Assembly (NCBI GenBank): GCA_034722095.1
Contig: JAYENM010000339.1
Location: 1 to 33,435, forward strand
Source of the DNA: a candidate division WOR-3 bacterium
Lineage (GTDB): Bacteria > Hydrothermota > UBA3073
DNA: 33,435 bases
Direction of reading: 5' to 3'
A program made the position numbers and the translations under genes. The notes beneath the pieces were generated by a model. That model did not search any database. It was not told where the DNA came from and saw nothing but the letters and a program-made list of their open reading frames with translations. This document shows, piece by piece, positions 1 to 7,839 of the stretch. Position 1 is the stretch's first letter. Every line of letters begins with the position of its first letter.

Positions 1-56
1 AACGGACAACCACTCACAGAGCCGTATGGCAAGGGTTGTCCCTACAAATTCTCTTT

Positions 57-76
57 CCTGCCTACCGTCAGGCAGG
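57..76. repeat. CCTGCC..GGCAGG core hairpin
   Basis: cctgcct accgtc aggcagg (7-bp stem). Confidence 0.7.
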
Positions 77-280
77 CAATCCCTGTTTTTAACTAATAAA
101 TTTCAATGTAGGAAGACTAAAAAACGGAATAAAGAGGTTAATTTTGTGAGAGGTCACAGAGGGGAGGGACAAAGATCTTTCATAAATCTTTAATGAATCA
201 AATTCTCTGTGCTCTCTGTGGTTCGAAGAATGCTGTGCATTAGGTTTTTGACAATACCGGTATAATTACAAGGGGGTAAT

Positions 281-1285
281 ATGGCAGTAAAGATTGGAAT
301 AAATGGCTTCGGGCGGATAGGAAGGCTTGTTAATAGGATTGCAATGAAGGATAAAGAGATAGAGATTGTAGGGATAAATGATATAGTAGATGCGAAGATA
401 CTGGCACATCTATTCAAATATGATTCTACCTATGGTGTACTTGATATGGATGTGCAGGGAAGCGATGGGACGATAGTTATAGATGGAGAAAAAATTCCCA
501 CATTTATGGAGAAAGAACCTAACAAACTTCCATGGAAAGACCTTGGAGCCGATATAGTAGTAGAAGCAACGGGAAAATTCCGCTCGAGGGATAAGGCAGC
601 CCTGCACATTGAGGCAGGTGCAAAGAAGGTTATAATTACTGCCCCCGCAAAGGGGATACCCGCTGACTGTGCGGTCGTTATGGGTGTGAATGAGGAAAGC
701 TACGATCCCTTGAAACATGATGTTATTGATAATGCATCCTGCACTACGAACTGTTTTGCACCTATGGTAAAGATATTGCATGAGACATTCGGGATAGAGA
801 GGGGATTTATGACAACAATCCATTCATACACGGCGGACCAGAGACTCATTGATGCGCCACACAAGGACCTGAGAAGGGCGAGAGCTGCTGCCCATTCTAT
901 AATTCCCACTACTACAGGGGCAGCAAAGGCAATTGAGATAATCATCCCTGAATTGAAAGGAACATTGGATGCTATTTCTGTCAGGGTTCCAACCATTGAT
1001 GCCTCACTTGTTGACTTTGTATGTACTGTAAAAAAGGAAACATCGAAGGAAGAAGTAAATAACGCCTTCAAGAGGGCATCCGAAAGAAACCCACGATATA
1101 TTGAATATCTGAAAGATGAGGTTGTCTCCTGTGATATCATAGGCAATCCCCACTCTATGATATTCGATCCGTATGAAACAAAGGTCATTGGCAATCTCGT
1201 AAAGGTGCTCGCATGGTATGACAATGAATATGGGTATGCGTCAAGGGTTGTAGATCTTGCTCATTATATAGGCGAAAGGCTGTAG
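281..1285 (+). CDS. gap: glyceraldehyde-3-phosphate dehydrogenase (type I)
   Basis: 334-aa ORF. NAD-binding GINGFGRIGR at the N-terminus, catalytic SCTTNC, C-terminal WYDNEYGY. GGGGG SD 4 nt before the ATG. Confidence 0.97.
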   Translation: MAVKIGINGFGRIGRLVNRIAMKDKEIEIVGINDIVDAKILAHLFKYDSTYGVLDMDVQGSDGTIVIDGEKIPTFMEKEPNKLPWKDLGADIVVEATGKFRSRDKAALHIEAGAKKVIITAPAKGIPADCAVVMGVNEESYDPLKHDVIDNASCTTNCFAPMVKILHETFGIERGFMTTIHSYTADQRLIDAPHKDLRRARAAAHSIIPTTTGAAKAIEIIIPELKGTLDAISVRVPTIDASLVDFVCTVKKETSKEEVNNAFKRASERNPRYIEYLKDEVVSCDIIGNPHSMIFDPYETKVIGNLVKVLAWYDNEYGYASRVVDLAHYIGERL

Positions 1286-1295
1286 AATATGAACT

Positions 1296-1318
1296 GTAGG
1301 CACGAATTCAATTCGTGC
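1296..1318 (+). repeat. REP-like element: GTAG head plus palindrome GCACGAATT/AATTCGTGC
   Basis: gtaggcacgaattcaattcgtgc. Perfect 9-bp arms, 11 nt after the gap stop. Confidence 0.8.
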
Positions 1319-1330
1319 AGGTAACAACCC

Positions 1331-1370
1331 TGATTCTAACCACAAAGTTCACAAAGAAAATCTAAAATCT
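1331..1370 (+). repeat. 40-nt gene-end module, copy 1
   Basis: tgattctaaccacaaagttcacaaagaaaatctaaaatct matches 5002-5041 at 39 of 40 positions. It forms the left arm of an imperfect hairpin with 1397-1415. Confidence 0.85.
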
Positions 1371-1446
1371 GTAATCTTCAATCTTGTAATCCAATCTCTG
1401 TGTTCTCTGTGGTTGGTTCTCCTGGTAATGTTATAAAGGGGGAGTT

Positions 1447-2628
1447 ATGTTGTCTCTTAGAGATATCGATTTTAAAGCTAAAAAGGTTCTTCTGCGAGTT
1501 GATTTTAATGTTCCGTTAAAGGAAGGGGAGATAGCCGATGATACGAGAATTCAGGCATCGCTGGATACTATAAATTATATACTTGATAAAGGGGGAAGGC
1601 TTATAATCATCTCCCATCTTGGAAGGCCAAAGGGTGAAAAGGTCAAGGATATGAGTCTTGCCCCCGTGGCTCAACGATTATCTTCTTTAATTTCAAGACC
1701 TGTTAAATTTATTCCTGATTGTATCGGACCCGAGGTGGAAAATGCAATTGTGGGTCTTAGAGACGGTGAAGCCATTCTTCTTGAAAACCTGCGATTTTAT
1801 AGAGAGGAGGAAGGGAACGATTCGGAATTTGCAAGAAAACTTGCAGGGTCTGCTGATGTTTATGTGAATGATGCCTTCGCCACAGCGCATCGTGCGCATG
1901 CATCTACAGTAGGGGTAACACATTATATAAAGACAAAAATGCCCGGGTTTTTGATGGAAAAGGAGATCAAGTGGCTCAGTAAAGCATGTGAATCACCACC
2001 CCACCCCTTCTTGGTAATACTTGGTGGAGCAAAGGTATCAACAAAGATAGATGTGATAGAAAATCTTCTGCCGAAGTGTGATAAATTACTAATAAGTGGT
2101 GGAATGACTTATACCTTTTTCCGGAGTTTAGGCAAGGGAGTGGGAAATTCTATACTGGAGGAGGACAAGCTGGATGTTGCTAGGAAGATACTGGACAAGG
2201 CAGGGGATAAATTGTTACTTCCATCCGACTGTATTGTTGCGAACAGGATTGCTGAAGATGCTGAAATGAAGGTTATGGAGGAGATACCCGACGGCTGGAT
2301 AGGAGTTGATACGGGACCCTTAACCATAGAACGTTACAAAAGAGAGATAGAATCTGCAAAAACTATTCTGTGGAATGGCCCGCCTGGTATATTTGAAATT
2401 AACAGATTTTCAAATAGCACGAAGGAAATTATCTTTGCCCTGAAGAATGCGAAAGAAAAAGGCGCAATAGTGATAGCAGGAGGGGGAGATACAGCATCGG
2501 CAATAAACAAAGTCGGTCTTAAAGAGGGTTTTAGCCACATATCAACGGGTGGAGGTGCATCGCTTAAATTCCTTGCTGGCAAAAAACTCCCGGGAATTGT
2601 TGCACTTATGTCAGAAGAGACAGGCTAA
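1447..2628 (+). CDS. pgk: phosphoglycerate kinase
   Basis: 393-aa ORF. RVDFNVP N-terminal motif, SHLGRPKG, C-terminal GGGDTA and STGGGASL motifs. GGGGG SD 4 nt upstream. Confidence 0.97.
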   Translation: MLSLRDIDFKAKKVLLRVDFNVPLKEGEIADDTRIQASLDTINYILDKGGRLIIISHLGRPKGEKVKDMSLAPVAQRLSSLISRPVKFIPDCIGPEVENAIVGLRDGEAILLENLRFYREEEGNDSEFARKLAGSADVYVNDAFATAHRAHASTVGVTHYIKTKMPGFLMEKEIKWLSKACESPPHPFLVILGGAKVSTKIDVIENLLPKCDKLLISGGMTYTFFRSLGKGVGNSILEEDKLDVARKILDKAGDKLLLPSDCIVANRIAEDAEMKVMEEIPDGWIGVDTGPLTIERYKREIESAKTILWNGPPGIFEINRFSNSTKEIIFALKNAKEKGAIVIAGGGDTASAINKVGLKEGFSHISTGGGASLKFLAGKKLPGIVALMSEETG

Positions 2629-2803
2629 ACTTACCACTGCTTTTCTTGACGCTGATTTCCGCTGATATGTTGAAGTCATTGGGTCGTTCAGGTTAATTAG
2701 GTCATTGAGTCAATAACCTAATTACCTAATAACTTAATTACCATTTTTATCTGTGTTAATCCGTGTTAATCTGCGTCCGATTTTTTTATAGATGGGGGGA
2801 CAA

Positions 2804-3940
2804 ATGAACCTACACGAATACCAGGCAAAGGAGATAATGAGGAGATACGGTCTTCCTGTTCAGGAGGGTAAAGTCGCCACAACCCCAGAAGAGGCAGAGA
2901 AGATTGCAATGGAGTATAATGGTTCTGTTATGGTAAAAGCGCAGGTCCATACAGGTGGAAGGGGAAAGGCAGGTGGCGTTAAGTATGCAGAAACAGTTAA
3001 TGAGGTAAAGAACTATAGCACAAGTATACTTGCTATGAAGATTAAGAACCTCCCTGTGAAGAAGGTATTGATAGCAAAGGCGGTGGATATAAAAAAGGAA
3101 TACTATCTGGCGGTAATAATGGACAGGGATAAGAAGTTTCCTCTCTTTATGGCGTCGAGAGAGGGTGGGATGGATATTGAAGAGGTTGCAAGAGAGAAAC
3201 CCGAGGCAATAACCAAGCTATGGGTTGACCCCGTGTATGGGTTCTTTCCCCATCAGGCAAAGGAGATAGCACTTTCACTCTTTGACGACAAGACACTTGC
3301 ACTCCAGAGTGTAAATATAGTAATAGCACTTTATGAACTGTTTGCAGAATGCGATGCCCAGATCGCTGAGGTGAATCCACTCGCACTCGATGGAGGGGGA
3401 AAACTCTGGGTTACAGACGCAAAGGTGGTACTTGACGATAATGCACTTTCAAAACATCCTGAGCTTGAGAACTTGAGAGACCCTGACCCCGGGGAAGAAA
3501 AGGAACTGGCAGCAAAGGAAGCGGGTCTTTCGTATATACCCCTGTTCGGAGATATAGGGTGTGTTGTCAATGGTGCTGGTCTTGCAATGGCAACTATGGA
3601 CCTTATAAAGAAGTATGGTGGAGAACCTGCAAACTTTCTTGACATTGGTGGCAGTTCTTCGCCCGAGAAGGTGGAGAAGGCACTGGAGATCCTTCTTACA
3701 GATAGAAATGTAAGAGTAATATTTTTCAATATCTTTGGTGGTATTACAAGGTGTGACGATGTTGCAAAGGGTATAGTTCAAGCTACAACGAAGATGAAGA
3801 TAGAACTTCCTATGGTGGCAAGACTCACAGGGACAAACGAGAATAAGGCAAAGAAGATACTTAAGGATTCCCCAATAGTTCCTGTTCTATCTATGCGAGA
3901 AGGAGCAGTAAAGGCAATAGAACTGGCAAAAACCGATTAG
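2804..3940 (+). CDS. sucC: succinate--CoA ligase (ADP-forming) beta subunit
   Basis: The track ORF starts at 2792. The ATG at 2804 gives the canonical MNLHEYQAK N-terminus and has a G6 SD 4 nt upstream. ATP-grasp-type sequence, followed by sucD. Confidence 0.95.
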   Translation: MNLHEYQAKEIMRRYGLPVQEGKVATTPEEAEKIAMEYNGSVMVKAQVHTGGRGKAGGVKYAETVNEVKNYSTSILAMKIKNLPVKKVLIAKAVDIKKEYYLAVIMDRDKKFPLFMASREGGMDIEEVAREKPEAITKLWVDPVYGFFPHQAKEIALSLFDDKTLALQSVNIVIALYELFAECDAQIAEVNPLALDGGGKLWVTDAKVVLDDNALSKHPELENLRDPDPGEEKELAAKEAGLSYIPLFGDIGCVVNGAGLAMATMDLIKKYGGEPANFLDIGGSSSPEKVEKALEILLTDRNVRVIFFNIFGGITRCDDVAKGIVQATTKMKIELPMVARLTGTNENKAKKILKDSPIVPVLSMREGAVKAIELAKTD

Positions 3941-3971
3941 AAGAAAAAAATTACATATCAAGGATTAAAAT

Positions 3972-4097
3972 CCTAAATTCTAAATTCGAAACTCTAAACA
4001 ATATCTAAATCCCAATTCTCCAATGTACTAAACAAGTTTGGGATTTATAATTTGGGGCATTAGAAATTGTTTAGGATTTAGGAATTATGATTTAGAA
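3972..4097. repeat. sucC-sucD spacer palindrome built from heptamer words
   Basis: The left arm is cctaaat|tctaaat|tcgaaac|tctaaac (3972-3999). The right arm is tttagga|tttagga|attatga|tttagaa (4070-4097). The inner 10-bp stem taaatcccaa/ttgggattta lies at about 4006-4047. Confidence 0.75.
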
Positions 4098-4129
4098 TTT
4101 TTGCATTTTGGTATTACTATGGGGGTTAT

Positions 4130-4996
4130 TTGAGTATCCTTATTAACGAAAATACACGGGTATGTGTCCAGGGGATAACTGGAAGGGATGGTTCATTTCA
4201 TACAGAGAAAATGGCTGAATATGGTACGAAGGTGGTATGTGGAGTGACACCCGGTAAAGGGGGAACAAACTTCTTAGATATTCCTGTGTATGATATGATG
4301 AAAGATGCTGTAAAGAAAGAAGGAGCGAATACAAGCATAATATTTGTTCCTGCAAAATTTGCGGTAGATGCCCTCTTTGAGACAGGAGATTCAGGAGTAA
4401 AGCTTGTTGTGTGCATAAGCGAAGGTATACCTGTGCTTGACATAGCAAAGGTATTAAAGTTTTACAGAGAAAGGGGGGTTATGCTTATAGGCCCAAATTC
4501 TCCTGGGCTTATATCACCGGGCAAGAGCAAGGTAGGTATTCTTCCCTCAAACATTTTTAAAAAGGGTAGTATCGGAGTTATATCAAGGAGTGGAACCCTC
4601 ACATACGAACTCGTTTCGCATATAACAAAATCAGGATTTGGAGAGTCAACCTGCATAGGTATAGGTGGAGATCCCCTGCTTGGGCTCAAGTTTATAGACT
4701 GTCTTAAACTATTTGAAGAAGACTCTGAGACAGATGCAATTCTTTTGGTCGGAGAAATCGGAGGACATGATGAGGAGGATGCAGCGGATTTTATAAGAGA
4801 TAATGTAAGCAAGCCTGTTGTTGCCTTTATGGCAGGAAAGACTGCGCCTCCTGGTAAGCGGATGGGGCATGCTGGTGCGATAATCTCTGGAGGGGCTGGA
4901 ACCGCAAAGGAGAAGATAGAGAAGTTTGAGAGCGTAGGGATTAGGGTTGCATCCGAACCCGAGGAGGTAGGAACTCTTTTTAAGGAACTTCTTTGA
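4130..4996 (+). CDS. sucD: succinate--CoA ligase alpha subunit
   Basis: 288-aa ORF with a TTG start behind a GGGGG SD. CoA-binding QGITGRDGSFHT and phosphohistidine loop MGHAGAIISGG. Confidence 0.95.
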   Translation: MSILINENTRVCVQGITGRDGSFHTEKMAEYGTKVVCGVTPGKGGTNFLDIPVYDMMKDAVKKEGANTSIIFVPAKFAVDALFETGDSGVKLVVCISEGIPVLDIAKVLKFYRERGVMLIGPNSPGLISPGKSKVGILPSNIFKKGSIGVISRSGTLTYELVSHITKSGFGESTCIGIGGDPLLGLKFIDCLKLFEEDSETDAILLVGEIGGHDEEDAADFIRDNVSKPVVAFMAGKTAPPGKRMGHAGAIISGGAGTAKEKIEKFESVGIRVASEPEEVGTLFKELL

Positions 4997-5001
4997 AGGA
5001 C

Positions 5002-5041
5002 TGAATCTAACCACAAAGTTCACAAAGAAAATCTAAAATCT
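5002..5041 (+). repeat. 40-nt gene-end module, copy 2
   Basis: tgaatctaaccacaaagttcacaaagaaaatctaaaatct. Positions 5010-5029 pair with 5049-5068 (18 of 20). Confidence 0.85.
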
Positions 5042-5080
5042 CTTGGTGTTCTTTGTGCCCTTTGTGGTGAAAAATGGACT

Positions 5081-5103
5081 GTAGGGCACGGTTTTAACCG
5101 TGC
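5081..5103 (+). repeat. REP-like element: GTAGG head plus palindrome GCACGGTT/AACCGTGC
   Basis: gtagggcacggttttaaccgtgc. 8-bp arms, downstream of sucD. Confidence 0.8.
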
Positions 5104-5129
5104 GAACATTACTTCTTTAACTTGCTATT

Positions 5130-5354
5130 ATGAAGAAATATACTATAAAAATAAATAAAGATTGGTGTAAAGGGTGCAACCTTTGTGTTGCTTTCTGTCC
5201 TCGTAATGTCCTTGCAATAGGAAAAGACAGGATGGCAGAGCCAGTGAAAGAAGATGACTGCACGGGATGCCTTGTTTGTGAATATAAATGCCCTGATTTT
5301 GCAATTACCGTAAACAGTTTCGAAGAATCTTGTAGAGTGAAAGTAAATAGATAG
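5130..5354 (+). CDS. 2x[4Fe-4S] ferredoxin, delta-subunit-like for 2-oxoacid:ferredoxin oxidoreductase
   Basis: 74-aa ORF with two CxxCxxCxxxCP motifs (CKGCNLCVAFCP, CTGCLVCEYKCP). Size and layout match the delta subunits of four-subunit 2-oxoacid:ferredoxin oxidoreductases. Confidence 0.8.
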   Translation: MKKYTIKINKDWCKGCNLCVAFCPRNVLAIGKDRMAEPVKEDDCTGCLVCEYKCPDFAITVNSFEESCRVKVNR

Positions 5355-5451
5355 AGAACCACAGATTCCACAGATTTAATTTATTTAGACTCTTCTTTAT
5401 ATGGATGTGATACTATTCGTTGGCTAACGGATGGCTGAAGAAGGAAAAACG

Positions 5452-6783
5452 ATGTCTTTGGTTTTACAGTTTATGATAATGGCAACATACTTCTCAGGAA
5501 TGTATCTTGGTGGTGAGAAGATCGGCTATACAATAATAGATACGAAACCTACAGAAAGTGGATATATTTTAAAGGAGATAGTGTTTATAAGACTTGGTAT
5601 GATGGGAGCGAAGAGGACAATGGAGACGTCATCGGTGTATGAACTTGATAGGGGATACCGACTTAAAAAATTCTCATTTGAACTCGAATCGGAGACACAG
5701 AAAATCTCATCTAACGGAGAGATAAAAGAGCAAGAACTTATATACAGCGTGAAGACAGGAAATAGAGAGAGAAGTGAGAGAATAAAACTTGATGGGGATG
5801 TATATGTGTCCCAGTCAATCCCTTTTCTTGTTTCTACCTTAAGAAAGAACCTGTTGCTTTCCGTGTTTGACCCCACCATATTTGCAGTAAATCAGGCAAA
5901 GGTGAGTATAATAAAGGAGACAGGTGATTCTATAAAGATCGAGACAGAATTACTGGGGGCGAAATCAACAACCTGGGTGGGAAAGAATGGGGAGATACTA
6001 CGGTCAGAGGAACCTATGGGTATTCTGATGGTCAAAGAGAATAAGAAAAAGGCATTGGAGTTTGGAGAGACATCACCTGAGATACTCACTATGTTTGCAA
6101 TACCCGCAGGTATGGAGATAAAAAATCCCAGGCAGGTAACCTATCTTAAGGCAATAGTAAAGGGTAGATTCAAAGAGACAGAAAGGCAGAAACTCTCCGA
6201 CGATACACTCACGATTGAAAGTATTGGACCTGATGAGGGAATAAGAACAATACCTGCAAGGGGATTTGGATGCAACAGAGCAAAACCGCAACCGGTTCCT
6301 GAAGAACTAAAGAGATACCTTGAAGATACTCCTCTTATCCAGGTAAGCGACAGAAAGATAAAGAGTAAATCCAACCAGATAGTGAAAGGCGCAAAAGATG
6401 AATGGGACAGGGTAAAGAAACTTGTCTCCTGGATAGATAAGAATGTAAAGGATTTTCCATCTGCGACAATTCCAAGTGCTGTTGATGTTCTGAAAACACT
6501 TGAAGGTGACTGTAATGAACACGCTGTCTTTTTCTGTGCCCTCTCAAGGGCGGCAGGGATTCCTGCGGATATATGTGTAGGTCTGGTTCTGATGGATGGA
6601 TATTTTTATTACCATGCCTGGAATAAGGTATGGGTGGGAAGATGGGTCGAGGTGGACCCGACTTTCAATCAGATAATAGCAGACGCCACACATATTACAC
6701 TTGAAGAGGGTGGACTCAAGGATTGGGCAAAGATAATGGACCTTATTGGAAATATTGAGATAAAGGTAGTAGAGTATAGATGA
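5452..6783 (+). CDS. transglutaminase-like superfamily protein with N-terminal hydrophobic anchor
   Basis: The track ORF is 5431..6783. The ATG at 5452 is preferred (GAAGGA SD 6 nt upstream). C-terminal transglutaminase-like core: GDCNEHAVFF (Cys), YYHAWN (His), VEVDPT (Asp). Confidence 0.8.
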   Translation: MSLVLQFMIMATYFSGMYLGGEKIGYTIIDTKPTESGYILKEIVFIRLGMMGAKRTMETSSVYELDRGYRLKKFSFELESETQKISSNGEIKEQELIYSVKTGNRERSERIKLDGDVYVSQSIPFLVSTLRKNLLLSVFDPTIFAVNQAKVSIIKETGDSIKIETELLGAKSTTWVGKNGEILRSEEPMGILMVKENKKKALEFGETSPEILTMFAIPAGMEIKNPRQVTYLKAIVKGRFKETERQKLSDDTLTIESIGPDEGIRTIPARGFGCNRAKPQPVPEELKRYLEDTPLIQVSDRKIKSKSNQIVKGAKDEWDRVKKLVSWIDKNVKDFPSATIPSAVDVLKTLEGDCNEHAVFFCALSRAAGIPADICVGLVLMDGYFYYHAWNKVWVGRWVEVDPTFNQIIADATHITLEEGGLKDWAKIMDLIGNIEIKVVEYR

Positions 6784-6831
6784 TAGTTGGTTAGTTAGTT
6801 TGTTAGTTGGATAGTTGGTTAGTTTGTTAGA
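6784..6831 (+). repeat. phase-locked degenerate octamer array (TAGTTGGT-type words, 6 units)
   Basis: tagttggt|tagttagt|ttgttagt|tggatagt|tggttagt|ttgttaga. The same words occur at 15871-15897 and, reverse-complemented, at 15905-15945, 21951-21977 and 26157-26191. Confidence 0.8.
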
Positions 6832-6871
6832 TGTGTGATTGGTTTTTGCATTTTGATTTTTTTCATGATGC

Positions 6872-7624
6872 ATGATGGATGTTGATAGAATATCCGGGAG
6901 TAGGCTCTTTACAAAGGAGAAGTTTCTCTTCTATAAAAGGCTACCATCTACCCAGGACCGTGCTAAAGAACTCATTAAAAATAGCGTGGGTGAGGCAGGA
7001 TATGTAATCGTGGCAGATGAGCAATACAGAGGGAGGGGAAGGTTTAGAAGGGTATGGTCTTCTCACAAGGGAGAATCACTTACATTTTCTTTCATTACGG
7101 AGAAGATTCCACTTCTGTCTATGAGGACTGCGTTGTCTGTTGCTGAAACACTTGAAGAAGAATGCGGACTTCGGGCAGAGGTTGAATGGCCAAATGACAT
7201 TGTAGTGAATGGCAGAAAGATATGCGGAATACTGATTGAGACAGAGAGGAATCTTGCAATCATTGGAGTTGGAATGAATGTCAATGAAACTGTACTTCCC
7301 CTTGAGAGTGCAACATCTGTAAGGATAGAAACTGGAATACCAGCCAGTAGAGAGGCAATACTCTCCTTATTTCTTTCTATTTTCGAGGGTAACCTAACGA
7401 GGGAAAACATAATGGATTGTGTGAGAGAATACCTGTCTTTTATGGATAGATATGTTGAGATAGAAACTGAGAACGGGGTTGTAAGGGGTGAATTTATTAA
7501 CTTGGGCGAAGATGGGGAGATTATAATAAGGACCGAGAGTGGGTCCATAGCGAGTTTTCTGCCTGGTGAAGCAAAAAGGATGCATAAATTAACCGCCCCG
7601 TTGTTAGCGGGGACGGATAGATAA
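6872..7624 (+). CDS. birA: biotin--[acetyl-CoA-carboxylase] ligase, class I (no HTH domain)
   Basis: 250-aa ORF with the biotin-protein ligase signature GRGRFRRVWSS (GRGRxGRxW). The length is too short for an N-terminal repressor domain. Confidence 0.85.
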   Translation: MMDVDRISGSRLFTKEKFLFYKRLPSTQDRAKELIKNSVGEAGYVIVADEQYRGRGRFRRVWSSHKGESLTFSFITEKIPLLSMRTALSVAETLEEECGLRAEVEWPNDIVVNGRKICGILIETERNLAIIGVGMNVNETVLPLESATSVRIETGIPASREAILSLFLSIFEGNLTRENIMDCVREYLSFMDRYVEIETENGVVRGEFINLGEDGEIIIRTESGSIASFLPGEAKRMHKLTAPLLAGTDR

Positions 7625-7635
7625 AGAGGGTAAAT

Positions 7636-7779
7636 TAGGTCATTTGGTAATTTGGTAATTAAGTCATTAGGTAATTAGGTCATTGGGCTATCAAGCTATT
7701 AGGTAATTAGGTTATTGACGCAACGACGCTAAGACGCAATGACCCAATAACTTAAGTATATCAGTGTAAACCTGCGTCA
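7636..7779 (+). repeat. phase-locked degenerate octamer array, 18 units without indels
   Basis: taggtcat|ttggtaat|ttggtaat|taagtcat|taggtaat|taggtcat|tgggctat|caagctat|taggtaat|taggttat|tgacgcaa|cgacgcta|agacgcaa|tgacccaa|taacttaa|gtatatca|gtgtaaac|ctgcgtca. Confidence 0.8.
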
Positions 7780-7788
7780 AAAAAATAT

Positions 7789-7811
7789 GTAGGCACGGTT
7801 TCAAACTGTGC
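7789..7811 (+). repeat. REP-like element (left half of an inverted doublet)
   Basis: gtaggcacggtttcaaactgtgc. Arms GCACGGTTT/AAACTGTGC with one mismatch. Confidence 0.8.
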
Positions 7812-7818
7812 AGATCTA

Positions 7819-7834
7819 CCTGTCGCTAGACAGG
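7819..7834. repeat. CCTGTC..GACAGG core hairpin at the centre of the REP doublet
   Basis: cctgtc gcta gacagg. Confidence 0.7.
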
Positions 7835-7839
7835 CAATA

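Noticed and set aside
220-227. GGTTCGAA, a tRNA T-loop-like string upstream of gap.
   Set aside because: The flanks cannot form a T-stem or an acceptor stem. It is part of a cacagag/ctctgtg word hairpin.
248-266. TTGACA (248-253) and TATAAT (261-266) upstream of gap.
   Set aside because: The hexamers are only 7 nt apart, which is incompatible with sigma70 spacing. A start from the TATAAT would fall inside the SD.
410-1224. Antisense ORFs of 137 and 174 aa inside gap. The ORF track lists similar antisense or out-of-frame ORFs inside pgk, sucC, sucD, comM, secY, rpoA, rpsE, rplE and rplB.
   Set aside because: Each overlaps a gene with unmistakable conserved motifs on the other strand or frame. 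Their translations are low-complexity (S/L/P/I-rich) and lack SD sites.
1296-1318. REP-like and other spacer hairpins considered as Rho-independent terminators.
   Set aside because: None of the strong hairpins I checked is followed by a U-tract on the transcribed strand, and many sit between genes that must be co-expressed. No terminator feature is called.
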